Source: Tubiluchus corallicola
Lineage: Eukaryota; Animalia; Priapulida
Direction: 5' to 3'
NCBI GenBank assembly: GCA_030141605.1
Contig: JAQGDQ010000161.1
Span: forward strand, 408,041 to 472,040
DNA length: 64,000 bases
The notes below the pieces were generated by a model. The model did not search any database and had not been told where the DNA came from. It was given only the letters and a program-made list of their open reading frames with translations. Shown piece after piece: positions 1-23,699 of the stretch (positions within the stretch are counted from its first letter, which is position 1; each line of letters opens with the position of its first letter). The position numbers were made by a program, and so were the translations under genes.

Positions 1-10
1 TTCATTTTAC

Positions 11-241
11 CTGTATGAAAAGTAAGCCTTGCAGTTGAGTCCACAGACGTTGTCCAATCGTTATTATCCGTACCATCATAAACGGAGGTCTTACACAGAC
101 TGCGACAAATCAACGAACGCATGCCGTTTCAACCTTTTTACTTCTAGTACTGTACACGTATTTACCACAGAAACCTTGATAACACAACATCTCCAAGCAT
201 GTGATTTTAAAAACACCTCCTGTACGTCAATAAACTAATTC
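11..241 (-). other. Possible exon of a gene running off the left edge of the window
   Basis: The minus strand has an acceptor-like TTTTTTTAAG near 243 and a CAG|GTAAAA donor at 10, with short ATG-initiated frames open to the donor. There is an upstream GAT|GTAAGT donor near 858. No recognisable protein. Confidence 0.25.
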
Positions 242-1521
242 TCTTAAAAAAATGAGTAAATGTTGAAGCAATTGCAGTGAGTTTCTTATTGCCGAGTTGT
301 GATATTTCCACGAGCATAATGTAACACTCGTATTTCCGAACCACATCACCGTGCTTTCAAAATATGTATATGTACTATTATTATTGACGTGCTGACAATA
401 AGGCGCATATTTCTAAACTAGGTAGCAACCACACACTGCAGCTTCGTCATCAATACAACCACGCTGTTAACTATACACACTGCGACTCGTGGTAGAACAA
501 TTTTGTGATCACCCCCGTGAAAATACGGGCGAGTATCTTATAAATAGCGCACTCCCCAATCCTGTGCGACGTGTATTACCAGAAACTTACTGTACTACAG
601 CCAGACATACAGCCTACGCAAAACTCAACAGTGAATTGACGAACACGAGTACGCTTCTAATCGTTATTATACACGTCATAGCTTTTGTCTTAGCAGCTTC
701 TTCTTGCATTTCCAATCAGCTAAGTGCTGAAGTAGCTCAGCTGAAGATGTACAAGCAGTGGAGTCTGAGGCCCCTTGGGAGCATCGTATGCAGTTTGCTT
801 AAAAAAAGCGCACACCATTAATTTTTCTGCAAAACGGGTGGCGACTGAGTAAACTTACATCTGCTTCGGTCGCTCGCAGCAATACAAAGAAATAACTATG
901 ACCTCTTCATCTCGTTTCCCGAGCAGGTCCTGTAATGCTCAAATTCTATAAACAGAGCGCTGCATGAGCGGCTGTGTATACTCATCGATAAAAATTTCAC
1001 TGACCCACGAAAAAAAATCACACATCCAAATGGCTTTATGCTGGTGGCTCATTGATATAATAGTACCACTTGAGTACATGAATAATCAAAAATTAAGTGC
1101 TAAGCGTTAAACTTTTTATGAACGCTAATGCTGTGTCTCTATATGCAGTTTCGTTTAGCAATCTCCGTCTAACACAGCACAAGCAGTTCATGGAAACAAG
1201 GATATATTAAGAAACCATATTGTAGACAACCATGAAAACTAATGTGATAACTAACCCTATTACTGTAAATGTGGCTGATTTTCATAACATGGCTATTGTG
1301 GTTTTCTTGTAAAAAAACTCAACAAAATCAGTAAAAATCTAAACTTCTTTAAATTTAATGCAATATTTTTTATCATCGCTAAGCAGTTGCGCTCTCCTGT
1401 CTCAATTTATTATGTTTTGCACTGCACAAGAAATTTGCATAAACGAATTTTACAGCTGATCATCTACTGATAGCAAACGTTGCATTTTAAATGATCAGAG
1501 GTTGTTTTTCTATTACTTACA

Positions 1522-1630
1522 AATAAAAACACCACACTTCAAGACGGAAACAATCACGTATTAAAACATAAAATAAAAACACCACACTTCAAGAAGGATA
1601 CAATCACGTATTAAAACATAAAATAAAAAC
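1522..1630. repeat. Tandem duplication of about 50 bp
   Basis: AATAAAAACACCACACTTCAAGA..GA.ACAATCACGTATTAAAACATAA occurs twice, followed by a partial third start. Confidence 0.85.
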
Positions 1631-2489
1631 ACAGAAGCAGAAAAGAAAATCACAGACCACAATCACAGAAACTGGAAGATTGCGACACAAACTTTTTAAA
1701 AATTAGTACTAGCATCCTTTTGTTATTTTACCTTTCTTCCTCTTGTTTACCGCCTGATGACAAACGCCATTGCCATTTAAAACGCAGAGCTTTTTCAATG
1801 TTTTGTCAGTGGAATTTTTTTTAATAATTATGACTGTTCTTGTCATTAAGAATTAAATTTGTATCTAATTAACTCATTTCATTTAATAACAGTTTTTTCA
1901 CAAAACTGAATCACAAATTTTCAATACAGAAAAGCATCATTTAGCAGTTGATTAATGGGGCAAGGTAATCAATACTTACACTTTTTCAACAAGTAAAATT
2001 AACCGCTGGAGCTTGAGATCTATGGGAAAGACTAGAAGTTTTATGACAGGAAGTTGGGCTACAAACCTGAAGATGATTCAATTTTGTCAAAATTTATAAA
2101 ATACTGTATATTTATATGTTTTATATATACAGTACATATAAAGATACGTAAACTTGCTAAATTTGCATAAGTCTAGAACTAGCTGTAAAAACCTGGGAGA
2201 TTTTTTCTGTGGAATGGGAAAACTATTAAAAATTGCCTCTGAATTTCAAGTAAAAAAGCATCTCGAAGTTTGATTATGATCTCTCAACTATCGTACCAAG
2301 TTGATGACTGTTTTTCGTATATTTTAGTAAATTTGTTCAAAGGCGAACCAGGAAGATGCAGAAAAGGAATGTCAGCCAAACTGTGACAGTCCAGGCAAAC
2401 CAAATGGCTGACCAAGAAAGCCAGAGGTGGCTAATTACTGCATTTTACTGACCATATACTGAACTAATCAATTATGGTACAAATTGGTG

Positions 2490-5192
2490 TTATTTTGCAA
2501 AACGATGTACATCCAGCATCGTAGCAGACCTTTCTTTTGCAATTACTTTACTTAAGTGATGATGCTTTGATGACTTTTCATCAGATTCTGGAAGACGAAA
2601 TAAAGTTTTAATTGCATCAAAACGTAGATTACTGCCTGCTCTTTCAGCTTCTGCAATATCAGAAACAAGGTCAACATTTTCAAAAGAGTTAATTTTCAAA
2701 TATTCCGGAGTTGACGTCGGAAGCATATTTTCATTGTAACGCACGACATCCATATTAAAAGTAGTACCTGTGTGAATATTTGACACCTGCGGCAAATGTT
2801 CCATCGCTTCCTGCCATTTCTCGAAGGTTTTCAAACCTTCACGATATTCTTCTAACTGTAAATCAATTGGTTTATTTGGAAAGTAGTAATCAGTCACTGA
2901 ATAAGGGAGCTTTCTTGCAGTGGGTTGTGTCCCAGGAGCAGGATCAAATATATGCAGAGGAGAATACTTTGGCGCATTTATCAACTCCTGTGGAACTGTA
3001 AACTCACTGTGCACTGTACGAGGTTCTGTTTCTTCCACACTATGTTTGCTGCTAGGTTTTGATATGGTTACACTTGACTCAACTGATTCGGCTAAATCAG
3101 TTGCTAATTCACCTTCAAGATGTTTTTTGCTCAAGCACTTATTAGCAAAGTAAAGGTACATTACTTCCACCCGTTCAATCCCAGGAAAATCAGCAAATTC
3201 TGGGAACAAACATTCGTGATTTTGGGGAAAGTTGAAATTAATATCGTGAAGAGAGATATCTGGTATGTTACTTGTGGCGACATCTGGCATAGGTAGCTTA
3301 TTGTAAATCCCAAGGTCACATTTGCCCACTCTTGGAGGTGCTGGGAACTGCGATAAGTCATACTGGCCAGGCATGTGGCCTGTCAAAAAATCTACTTGGG
3401 GAAGACTCTTTGTTTTGCTAATTTTCTCAAAACTAAGGGCTTTTTTACTTTCGACACCCGTAATGTCAGAGACATCTTCAGACGACATATCGCCCTCTAT
3501 ATTGACAACAGAACACTGTTCAAATTGGATTTTTGCTAAATAATCTTTGATCTTTCTTAATCTTTTCTCCATCCTACATCGATATATCACTTTCCATGTA
3601 GCAGCGATAAATCTTTCTAATGTTCTTTGTCGCTGGGCCCACAGATTAATCTTTCCTCTGTCAAAAGATGGCTGACGTATAACTGTATCATCAGCACTTC
3701 TACAGGTTCTTCCTGCTAATGAAACTGTAGCAACATCAGAGCCTAACACTGATTGCTCTGACATGAAGACCATTGCCTCTTCTGTCTGTGATAACTCAGC
3801 CTTAGTTTCAGAAGTAAGAGGCAAAAATCCATGTTTTACATCAATTTTTTCACTGTCCTCCTTATCGATTTTCTTGCACCTGTCCAAGAAAATTTTTTCT
3901 TTGTCCATTCTACTCAGTTTGCTGCTTGCATATTTTTTATTTACCTTTACTAAGACATCTTCACATCTTGAACTACTCTTGCTTTTGTGCTTCTTTAAAA
4001 ATAAAATATTCTTCTGTTGACCTGCTTGATGTTTCCGCTCAAAAACTTTGTCTTGAAAAACTTGTTTTTCTGGTAATCTTAGGTCACTAGTTTCATGTTC
4101 AATTATACTTGCAATATCTCTTTTTAGTGAGTCCATGCTTTCCTCTAAAACAGACTGCTGAAGTTCCATGAGTGCTAAGCCAGCGCTTTCAACAACATCT
4201 GACTCACTTCTGTCACAAGGCTGCAAAAGACTTTCATTTGATGTTGTCAGTAAAAGTCTACTACTTTTGCTAGCAGCAGTTCCATCCACGGCTTCTGTTG
4301 ATGTTTCTGTGGCATCGTTCACACTTTTTAGCGCAGCAGAACTATCACCTAAAACTTTCTCTGTTTCGGATATGAATGGCAGTTTTTCCGTTGAACCAGT
4401 TATAACACAGGTCAATGGAGTACTGTCAAAATGCAGTAAATGCAAATGAATTTCTGCACAAGCTGCTTCCAGATTTACTGGTTTAAATGTGATGAAAAAC
4501 CTTTTCTCAGACATTCCAGGAATTACACCATCACGAGGATGATAGGTAAATGCCGGATGATCTTGTACAATGGTCACCCAGAAACTACATTCTGCAGCCA
4601 TATCATTCTTTAGAGGAAGAGCAAGAGTTTTGCTTTCTCCACATTGTAAAGCAGGAAACGTTAAAGCTTCGGGAAAACTTGGCAGCAACTGTGCTTCCGT
4701 TGCATGGATTGGAATTAGTAAATTCTTATTATTCTGGCAATGTATCCTAATACAGTCATAGTAATAGCGTGTTTCTTGAGGAGTAAACACAATGTTAACA
4801 GTCATTTTCAAACCTGGCAAAATGGTTCCTTTTTTGGTATAAGAAATCGAGAAAAACTCTGTCTGCGGAGGAATTATGTGTATCTTTTGGCTTCTCACAG
4901 AGGTATTTATGATTTGCAAAGTTAACTTTTGAGAACTTCCTGACACAAACTTGGAAAAATGTAACACGGCCGGTTTAACAAATATGTCTTCATTCTTTTC
5001 TTGTGTGAATACTTTGGTTTCCAGTAAGTGGTTAGGGACACCTGCACATGATGCTGGTTCAACTTCTCCACACAAGAAAGTGGACAAGCTTCCTTGTAGG
5101 AGTTTGGGTGACAATGACAGATTTTCTACCGCAATTTGACCTTCATTTGGTATATTGCATACGTCAAGCGAGAAGCACTCAGAACTAGCCAT
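2490..5192 (-). CDS. CFAP221: Cilia- and flagella-associated protein 221 (PCDP1), single coding exon, 900 aa
   Basis: Uninterrupted 900 aa ORF. N-terminal VPNHLLETKVF followed by ASH/Ig-like segments (HIIPPQTEFF, PGL..TV.I.FTPQE.RYYYDCIRIHC...NLLIPIHA, FPEALTF) and a calmodulin-binding-like FIAATWKVIYRCRMEKRLRKI, as recalled for CFAP221. A TTTTACAG acceptor near 5232 implies a 5' UTR intron. Confidence 0.88.
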   Translation of the reverse strand: MASSECFSLDVCNIPNEGQIAVENLSLSPKLLQGSLSTFLCGEVEPASCAGVPNHLLETKVFTQEKNEDIFVKPAVLHFSKFVSGSSQKLTLQIINTSVRSQKIHIIPPQTEFFSISYTKKGTILPGLKMTVNIVFTPQETRYYYDCIRIHCQNNKNLLIPIHATEAQLLPSFPEALTFPALQCGESKTLALPLKNDMAAECSFWVTIVQDHPAFTYHPRDGVIPGMSEKRFFITFKPVNLEAACAEIHLHLLHFDSTPLTCVITGSTEKLPFISETEKVLGDSSAALKSVNDATETSTEAVDGTAASKSSRLLLTTSNESLLQPCDRSESDVVESAGLALMELQQSVLEESMDSLKRDIASIIEHETSDLRLPEKQVFQDKVFERKHQAGQQKNILFLKKHKSKSSSRCEDVLVKVNKKYASSKLSRMDKEKIFLDRCKKIDKEDSEKIDVKHGFLPLTSETKAELSQTEEAMVFMSEQSVLGSDVATVSLAGRTCRSADDTVIRQPSFDRGKINLWAQRQRTLERFIAATWKVIYRCRMEKRLRKIKDYLAKIQFEQCSVVNIEGDMSSEDVSDITGVESKKALSFEKISKTKSLPQVDFLTGHMPGQYDLSQFPAPPRVGKCDLGIYNKLPMPDVATSNIPDISLHDINFNFPQNHECLFPEFADFPGIERVEVMYLYFANKCLSKKHLEGELATDLAESVESSVTISKPSSKHSVEETEPRTVHSEFTVPQELINAPKYSPLHIFDPAPGTQPTARKLPYSVTDYYFPNKPIDLQLEEYREGLKTFEKWQEAMEHLPQVSNIHTGTTFNMDVVRYNENMLPTSTPEYLKINSFENVDLVSDIAEAERAGSNLRFDAIKTLFRLPESDEKSSKHHHLSKVIAKERSATMLDVHRFAK

Positions 5193-6773
5193 TGGGTAGA
5201 AGTTTCACTTACAAAGCTCAAGTACAGTAATCTGTAAAAATAAATAATAAATACCTTTACACAAAACTCGTTTGATATGTCGATGTCCAACAATTAGCAA
5301 AGCAACCTTTAGTAATCTTAGGTAAAAATAAACTAGTACACATGAACAAAATTACATATTACAGAATAGAGGTAGTCTCATGGCAAAAAATCAAACAGAG
5401 AAAGAGCAGTTCAGAGTCTTGACAACAATGTCAAATACCTAAAACTGCTGAAAGATTGTCTCAGAAGCACAGGAAAATTTTCATATAAACCATTAATTGT
5501 TAAAAGTTATCAATCATGCTATATAAAAATGAGCTAACAAAGGTTATCCTACAGGTTAGGGCCAGATTATAATTATTTAAAAATTCCTAACCATTCACAG
5601 GCATTCACATTCACATTCCTAAACATAAGCATGCACAGATTGAAATGGCAGCCGTTTTTCGCCACTTGTCTGTTTTATAAATACAATGATACCTACACAT
5701 AAACAATCCACAGTTACAAACAATCGTCAATTTTTTAAATATTTTTGTAGACCCCTGAATTAAAATTTCACACATGATACACGCCTGCATGGTTAGGTTG
5801 CATTTTAAGTTATGTTCTGCACTTCTAACACAACACAAATTCCTTAAGTTTCCTACATTTTTTGAAATTGCGTAAAACCCTAAAAATGACTAAATATAAT
5901 CATTAACATATTGTCTGCCTCTATGAGCATTTTATTTATTTATTCATTTTATTTTATTTTATTTTTATTTTTCACTTCAGCACAACAGTACAAAACAATG
6001 TACAAAAAAAAATAAAATGACCAAAATAACAAAACAATTAACATCAAATCAGAAAAAATTACGTAAGTCGTACATATTGTGTAACAATACCATAGATATG
6101 GTTTATGTAGATCAAAGATCTTGGTGATTGCTTAGAAGTGTTCTGCATTCTAGACTGTCTTGCTGTTCTGATCTTCTTTGTTTAAGTTCCTTATTAGTTT
6201 AATAAATACTATTTTATTATGCACGCATTTGTCTGGTTGCTGATATAATTGTAGCGTGTAACATATTGTACTGCAGAACACTGAAGAAGCTGAGAGCTTG
6301 TAAATGCTTTCTGGAAATGTGAAAAAGAGAAGGAAAAAGGTGGTAGTAGTAATAAACGTTTGGGAAAAATAGTGTGAAGAATGGCGATCGATGGGGTGGG
6401 GTGCATTGCAAAAAAACCATATTCTTGAATGATAAGTACAACATATAAAGACATAGACAAAGACAGACATAAACTACAATTGATGTTTGCAAATTTGACA
6501 ATTAACAAAGATATACGTTATGTACATATAATATATATTAACAAGATAAACAAACTATAAGAATAGACAAAGATAGACATAGCATTTAGTTTACACTGGT
6601 TTCAGTTTTAAATAGCAACTGCTCTTAGACTTTGAATACCAAATCTAACGGAATCATACCAAAATAATATCGTGTTATCCGTTTTTATTATAAGTTAGTA
6701 CGCGCGTTGCACAAAGAAATTGTACGTGTCATCGAATTTGAACCTCTTTCGATAAAATCAATGTTGTTCAGCC

Positions 6774-6793
6774 GTTGCTATGGTTATAAACAA
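6774..6793 (-). promoter_or_regulatory. RFX X-box with adjacent forkhead (FOXJ1-like) motif at the likely CFAP221 promoter
   Basis: GTTGCTATGGTTAT (reverse complement ATAACCATAGCAAC) is one mismatch from the X-box consensus, immediately followed by TAAACAA, in a CpG-richer patch upstream of a motile-cilia gene. Confidence 0.6.
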
Positions 6794-8142
6794 GTTATTT
6801 TTGCAAAGTGCGCGGTGAATATTCCGCCAACGTATCCCTCGTACGCGCGCGACCACACGATGCTGCGTGGAGCCTGCATGTAGTCCATGTACCTCAAAAC
6901 CACATGTTTACGTCAATCGCTTCAAACTAGGCTAGCGCCCACGCAGGACAAGAGGTACCAGTAGAAAAGTGAAAACATGTCAAAGAAAATATAATAATTA
7001 ATTGTGATAGTTTGGTATCACGTTAATTCGTTACCATTAAAGGCAAAAGCCAAGTCTTTCGGGAAGTTGAGCTTATTTTGATATTTGAGAAAAATCTTAG
7101 AAGGTCTCACCTATAAGATTGTGATAAGTGACTAGTGTAATTGGTAACATCAATTTATAAAGTCGTGATCGTTCAAAATTGGACGTCCTCATTTTGAAGG
7201 AATAATGCCGTCATCAGATTAATGTACAATTACATCCGTTTCAATCTAAGACTATCCAGGCTATTAGGCTAGGCCACTTAATTGTAAAATTACTCAAGTG
7301 CTTAGTGCAGTGGGAAAAACGAGTCCACCAAGTCTTCTATAAGTAAGTGGCTTAATTTTGAAAATATGCAAATCCATTTGCTCTAAATAGAAACTTGGCA
7401 ATATCTACAATGGGAAATTATAATGTATTATGAACTTCTTCAGTTCTTTGAACTACTTGACAATAAATATACTGCGCTACTGTTGCACAATACAACTTCG
7501 AACACCATTGCGCAAACAACACCATTTGCTCCAATCAAGCGGCTTAAGCCTACTGGCAATCTGCACTAAAATTAATCTGACTATCCCGCGTTCAATGTTA
7601 CATTTCAACATACAAGAAATTGAAAAAAATGCATACAGAGCGCATATTATACAAGCCTGCATTACTTACATCAGTCATACAATGCAAGTTCGAGCACCAT
7701 TAATTTGTGTAAATAACACTATTTTCACCAGTCGAGTCTACTTTCAATCGGCATTAGAGATGGCTATCTTGTGTTTAATGGAAAATTTGTTTCAGATCTG
7801 CTCAAATTTGTTTCAACTAACCAGCCGAAAGAAATAGACTTATTTGCCTGATGTAGAATGAATAATTAACCAATTCAACCCGAATGTAGCTAAAACAACC
7901 AATTAATTCTGGCTGCTTCATTTTCTTATTTTACGGGATTACGCTGTCGTAAATAATAAGCTAGATCCGGTCTTACTATTAACGGACATATGTAATTGTT
8001 TAGGAGTTGTAGAGAAAATAATATACAGAGAAATAAAGTCATTTTACGTTATTGACGCTATATACCTAAATTTCATTTTTTCACAGATTTTCTCTTCTCA
8101 CAATTTGAGACGTGCTGCTTCCAAAAACTATAAATTATGGTG

Positions 8143-9480
8143 ATTAAGATTCTGCATAAAACATTATAGCAGTATCTTCTTGTTTTACCACCGGATTTTA
8201 TTTATATATTTATTTATTTATTAAGATTCTGCTTACAGCTGAATCTCTTTGTTTTACCACTGATTTTTATTTATTAATTATTTATAGTACGCCTTTTTGT
8301 TTCATCAAAAACTCGCACATGCACAGGGCAAGGTTCACAAAACTTACAGGGCACACTCTCCTGGTAAGAGGATTTATGTTCGCACATGACCCGTCACCCT
8401 TGGATCAAAGGTCACAGAGCGGGCAGAACATTTTGTTTTTTTTCGTTAGGCTGGATTTCCTCCTACAGTTTTTGAGTTAGGGCCACAATGTGGCTAGGTG
8501 ATGTCGAGTTGTTATGCACGGCTGAATATGAGCGAATTGGGTGTGTGAAAATTTTTCGGTAAGAGGCAAGGGTGTCGGGGACACCAGTACTTCCAATTTG
8601 GGGTAACACTGTCGTGTAATATATCAAATGAAAGGTCTTGTTGAGACGAATCGAATGGTATAACTTTCGCTGATTTTGGCTAGCCCATGACCCCACTAGG
8701 GGACAGAAACCGAAATCACGGGTTGGGACACTAATGCTTCCGTGTCAAGTAGCAGTAGCTTGTACTACGTCAAATGAAAGGTATTGATGAGCAGAATGGA
8801 ATGGTATGAAGTTACGCCCAGATTTGTTGACTCTTGACCTGCTAGGAGGCAAAAAACAAAATTGAGGGTCATGTAGACAAATGCTTTTCAGTGTCCAGCA
8901 GCATCAGGTTGTCAGTATATCAAATGAAAAGTATCAATGAGACTAATCGAGTGGTATAAGTCATGCCTGCATTTGTTGACCCTTGACCTCGAGGTCAGAG
9001 GTAAAGTGGAAGTCCCAGTTTTAGTGTCTTACAATACATCAAATGAAAGGTCTCGATGAGACGAATTGAATGAGACAACCTAAGCTTAGACTGGTCAACC
9101 ACAGGCCCCACTAGAGGATGATAAGTGAAATTGTCTGGCAGTAATACAAAATCTTCCTACGTTGAGCAACAGTATGTTGTAGCATATCAAATGAAAACTC
9201 TTGATGAGAAGAATTGAATGGTGTATCTTGACCCGTATTTGGTCAGCCTTGAGCCACTGGTCACTGATCAAAAAGTTACAAATTCTGATTTCATTGAAAC
9301 TGTTAATCGAGTCAGACACAACCGTACTTACGTAAATTGACCAACACACAGTGTTGTTAATTATTTTGAAAACAATTTTATTTGTAGATACAAAACAAAA
9401 TATGTCATTTAAAGCACCTCCTGTCACAGAAGCAGAACCTTACCACAGTTTTCGACACAGTCAAAGACGTCCAGTAGTTT
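8143..9480 (+). mobile_element. Non-autonomous Helentron/DINE-1-like (HINE) element with internal ~145 bp array
   Basis: Subterminal inverted repeats TAAGATTCTGC (about 8145) and GCAGAACCTTA (about 9432), then a short hairpin GTTTTCGAC-ACA-GTCAAAGAC near the 3' end. Five internal repeats carry ATCAAATGAAAGGTCTTGATGAGACGAA-like cores (about 8623, 8770, 8919, 9038, 9186). Family assignment is inferred from structure. Confidence 0.6.
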
Positions 9481-10790
9481 ATTTTTATTCTCCGCTACGA
9501 CGCTTAATAGCTCTAAAACCATACTAGATAGAGACCCCAGACTTGCAGGGCAGACACCTGGGGTAGGGGTACAGACATTGGTATCATGACCGTTGACCTC
9601 CTGTCAAAAGGTCAAGGACACTGGGCATCGGCTATTTTTTCGATTATCATTCAACCGATTTCGATTTCGAACAACTTCTCCTAGGAGTTTGAGTCAAATT
9701 CAAATTTTTTTCACAGGTATTTAGATCTTTTGGTGTAGATGTGCATTAGGTATTTTTCAAAAATTGGTGTGTGGAAAATTCCGAGTTAGGAGCCGAAATG
9801 TGAAAATTTGGGCAAACGGCTTTGTCGTTCAACTCCTCTTAGTCGATTATGGGTCTAGGGGGTCAATGTTTATGTATGTTTGGGTAACCGGGTAGGTCTA
9901 GATGTGCATTCAGTATTTTCAAAAAGTGCGTGTGGTCAAGTCACGTTACATAAGCGAAAGTGTTAAAATGGGTTCACGTCAATAACTCTAAAAGTACAAG
10001 AGCTAGAATCACAAAACTTGTAAAGCGGACACCTGAGGCAGGCAGTCAGACGTGACATCAGACGTGATGTGGGTCAAAAGTCACACAGTATTTGAATAAC
10101 AGTCCATGTTTTTGCATGTATTGGTAGCGGGGTAATGATAGATTTGCATTAAGTATTGTTTGAAAAATAGGCATGTCCAAGTCACGTGACATTGGTGAAA
10201 CTGTTAAAATTTTGTCAATACCTGGAAAAGTAAACAAGCTGGAGTCACAATATTTACAGGGTGGGTACCTCGCGTCAGGGCACAGACAACGGAAAACCAG
10301 ACGGTGACCTATGGTCAAAGGGTCAAGGACAGTAGACAGTAGACATAGTTTTCGTTAGGCTTTATTTACTATTACAGTTTTTGAGCTAAGGCACAATTTT
10401 TGGTATGCGGCTAGATGAGCCCAATCTCTTATGACTGACTGAATTCAGGTCATTTGGGATAGCAAAAAAATTTCGATGAGGAACCAAAAACTGAAAATGG
10501 GTGGGTTGTCACAGATGTTTTGCCGGTCTTGAAGAATAGTGGCTTGTAGTGCATCAAATAAAAGGTTTCGATGAGATGAACTGCACGGTATAGGTTGGCC
10601 CGAAATTGGCTGACCCCTGACCTACGATCACGGGTCTAAATGTCGCAAGTTGCGATTTCGTTGAAACGAAATGCAAGCATTGTGAATACACTGAAGACAA
10701 TACTGAGACCTTCAGATCCAAGACCCATGGGGTTGCGATCCGAAAGTGGCATGTTCCAATTTCATCGAAACAAAATGCAGCTACGTTACT
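9481..10790 (+). mobile_element. Second related HINE-like element abutting the FAAH promoter
   Basis: Shares the TATTCTCC..ACGCTTAATA start, AAGGTCA/TGACC motifs, ATCAAATAAAAGG..GATGAG core (about 10553) and GATTTC.TTGAAAC segment with the copies at 8143-9480 and 55090-56163. Confidence 0.55.
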
Positions 10791-11087
10791 TTAAAGTAAT
10801 GTATTATCACATTGCACTACATTACATAATTTTGATATTGCTTTTCTCTCAGTATATAGTTAAAGGACTTTACGAAAACAGCAGAGCTACTACAGCCACC
10901 TGTGAGTGCACTTTCAATGTGTTTACTGTGCTTACTTTCCCAGGTAAGTAAGACCTTGACTTACGAGGCATGTAGGCTATTAGTAAGTAAATATCAGCCT
11001 CAAAAAGAAGGCGTGCCATAAGATTTATTACCCTGATTCCCAGACTCCGAATTTTCGTCAGTTGTAGTAACTTTTGTATATTTGAAA

Positions 11088-21973
<10,886 letters not shown>

Positions 21974-22281
21974 GCAATGACTGATTAAAAGTGCTACAGT
22001 CTGTCTATCTGTCTAGCCTATAGACATAGGGATAGTTTTTATATAAACTATTCCGTTGGTCTTGTAAATGTAATTATAATTATCTGGAAATAATAAAAAT
22101 TGATAAAACTCTATTGACTTTTGTGTTGTATCAACTTTTTGACATAATTATTATCATTAATTTTAAGTTTTATCCTTATGTTTTTTATATATCGAAGCAA
22201 ATGTGGCAGTCGTACTAATCATTACAGGGAAGAAAAATTAAATGGCTGTATTCAATCTAAAGTCAAATAGAATACATTAAC

Positions 22282-22420
22282 GATGATGACAATCATGACG
22301 ATGATGACAATGATGAAGATGATAATGGTGATAATGTTGTTGATGATGACGTGTAAAATGATAACAATGATGTTGACGATACATGTTGATGATGACGATG
22401 ATGAAAATGACCTCAATGAT
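22282..22420. repeat. Degenerate (GAT)n microsatellite
   Basis: Seen directly in sequence. Confidence 0.85.
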
Positions 22421-23699
22421 AGCTGCGTGCTCAGGGCAGTAGTGGCAATAGTGCCGACAACATTTATTGCTTTTCTATGGCTTTCGTTAGGTTGTTATTG
22501 TAGCCATCGTCAACTGCCATTATTGTTGCTGTTGTGTAATGTGTGTTGTTGATTTTATTTAGAATAGGTTAGGTTGAATTGGTATTTTCTAAGATCTTTT
22601 GTCATCTGGCTTTTTTAAATGTATTTTTTCCTCCAACTTTTATTTTGTTACTTCTCGTATCCATAATCACAGAAGTTTGTTTATTATCGTGATGCAACAA
22701 TAATAATTATTATGGTAATGTGCTTGTTCTACTTTGTAGTAGTAGTAAATCTCCAGTGTTATAATTCTTTTGAGACAAATGTTCTTCGACTGTAATTGCG
22801 ACAAATTGCACATTCAATAGATTGTCATCAACACAGGTTCCATGGCAAGTTTTTCACTATAATTGTTTTTGTTTGGTGTTTGTTTTTTGTGGTGTTTTTT
22901 AATTTGTCTCCCGATATGACTAGATTAGTAATTTCTAATTTCTAATCTATCTAATCTCGATTTTGTACACAATCATGTAATTAACAAAATATTGCTTCTT
23001 CATTTTTGTTGTTATTTTTCTAAATATACATGTTTTGTTTCAGTGCAAGCAAGAAATGCTATGCGTAACTTGAAACAGAGCAGTGCACTCTTTTCCTGTA
23101 GAAATTTCTGAAATATGGCGCGCTCCTATGAGGTTGTAGACTTGTGGTTCGTTATTCGTGGGACGGGAATGAGTTTTCTCGTTTTGAAATGGACGGAAAG
23201 CCAAAGCCATTTAATTATGAATTAGAACTTTTTGTATCTGTGTAAGAAAAGTTTAATATTATTCTCTGTTTACGAAAATAATTTAAAAAATACATTGGAT
23301 TTATTAGAAACGTCTGCAAACACCGAGTTTTGTACAGCATGATACTACTAGTACCCTTAGTTATAGATGCCTATGTTTTTGCTCTATGTATGTGTATATA
23401 CTGTATATAATATATCAAGTCGTTATAATCTTTCTACTTAAAGTGCAAGCGCCACAAATAAGTTGTTTTGAGAATGAGTGTATGATATACCCTAATTTTG
23501 GGTTTCGTAATCTTACACAATGCCTACCAAAATTAAAACAACAATAATATTGATGGGGGTAGCTGCAAAGGTGAGTTAAAGTGTTCCCTTGACAAATGTT
23601 TCATCTTGATAGGCCTATAAATGTAATTCTAGTACCAGATATCTGAATGTAGATACTGCAGCATTCTTTTAGGAATAGACATAACCATAGACATAGACA

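Noticed and set aside
2780-5139. Multiple plus-strand ORFs overlapping CFAP221
   Set aside because: Antisense shadow frames of the long coding exon with no independent support.
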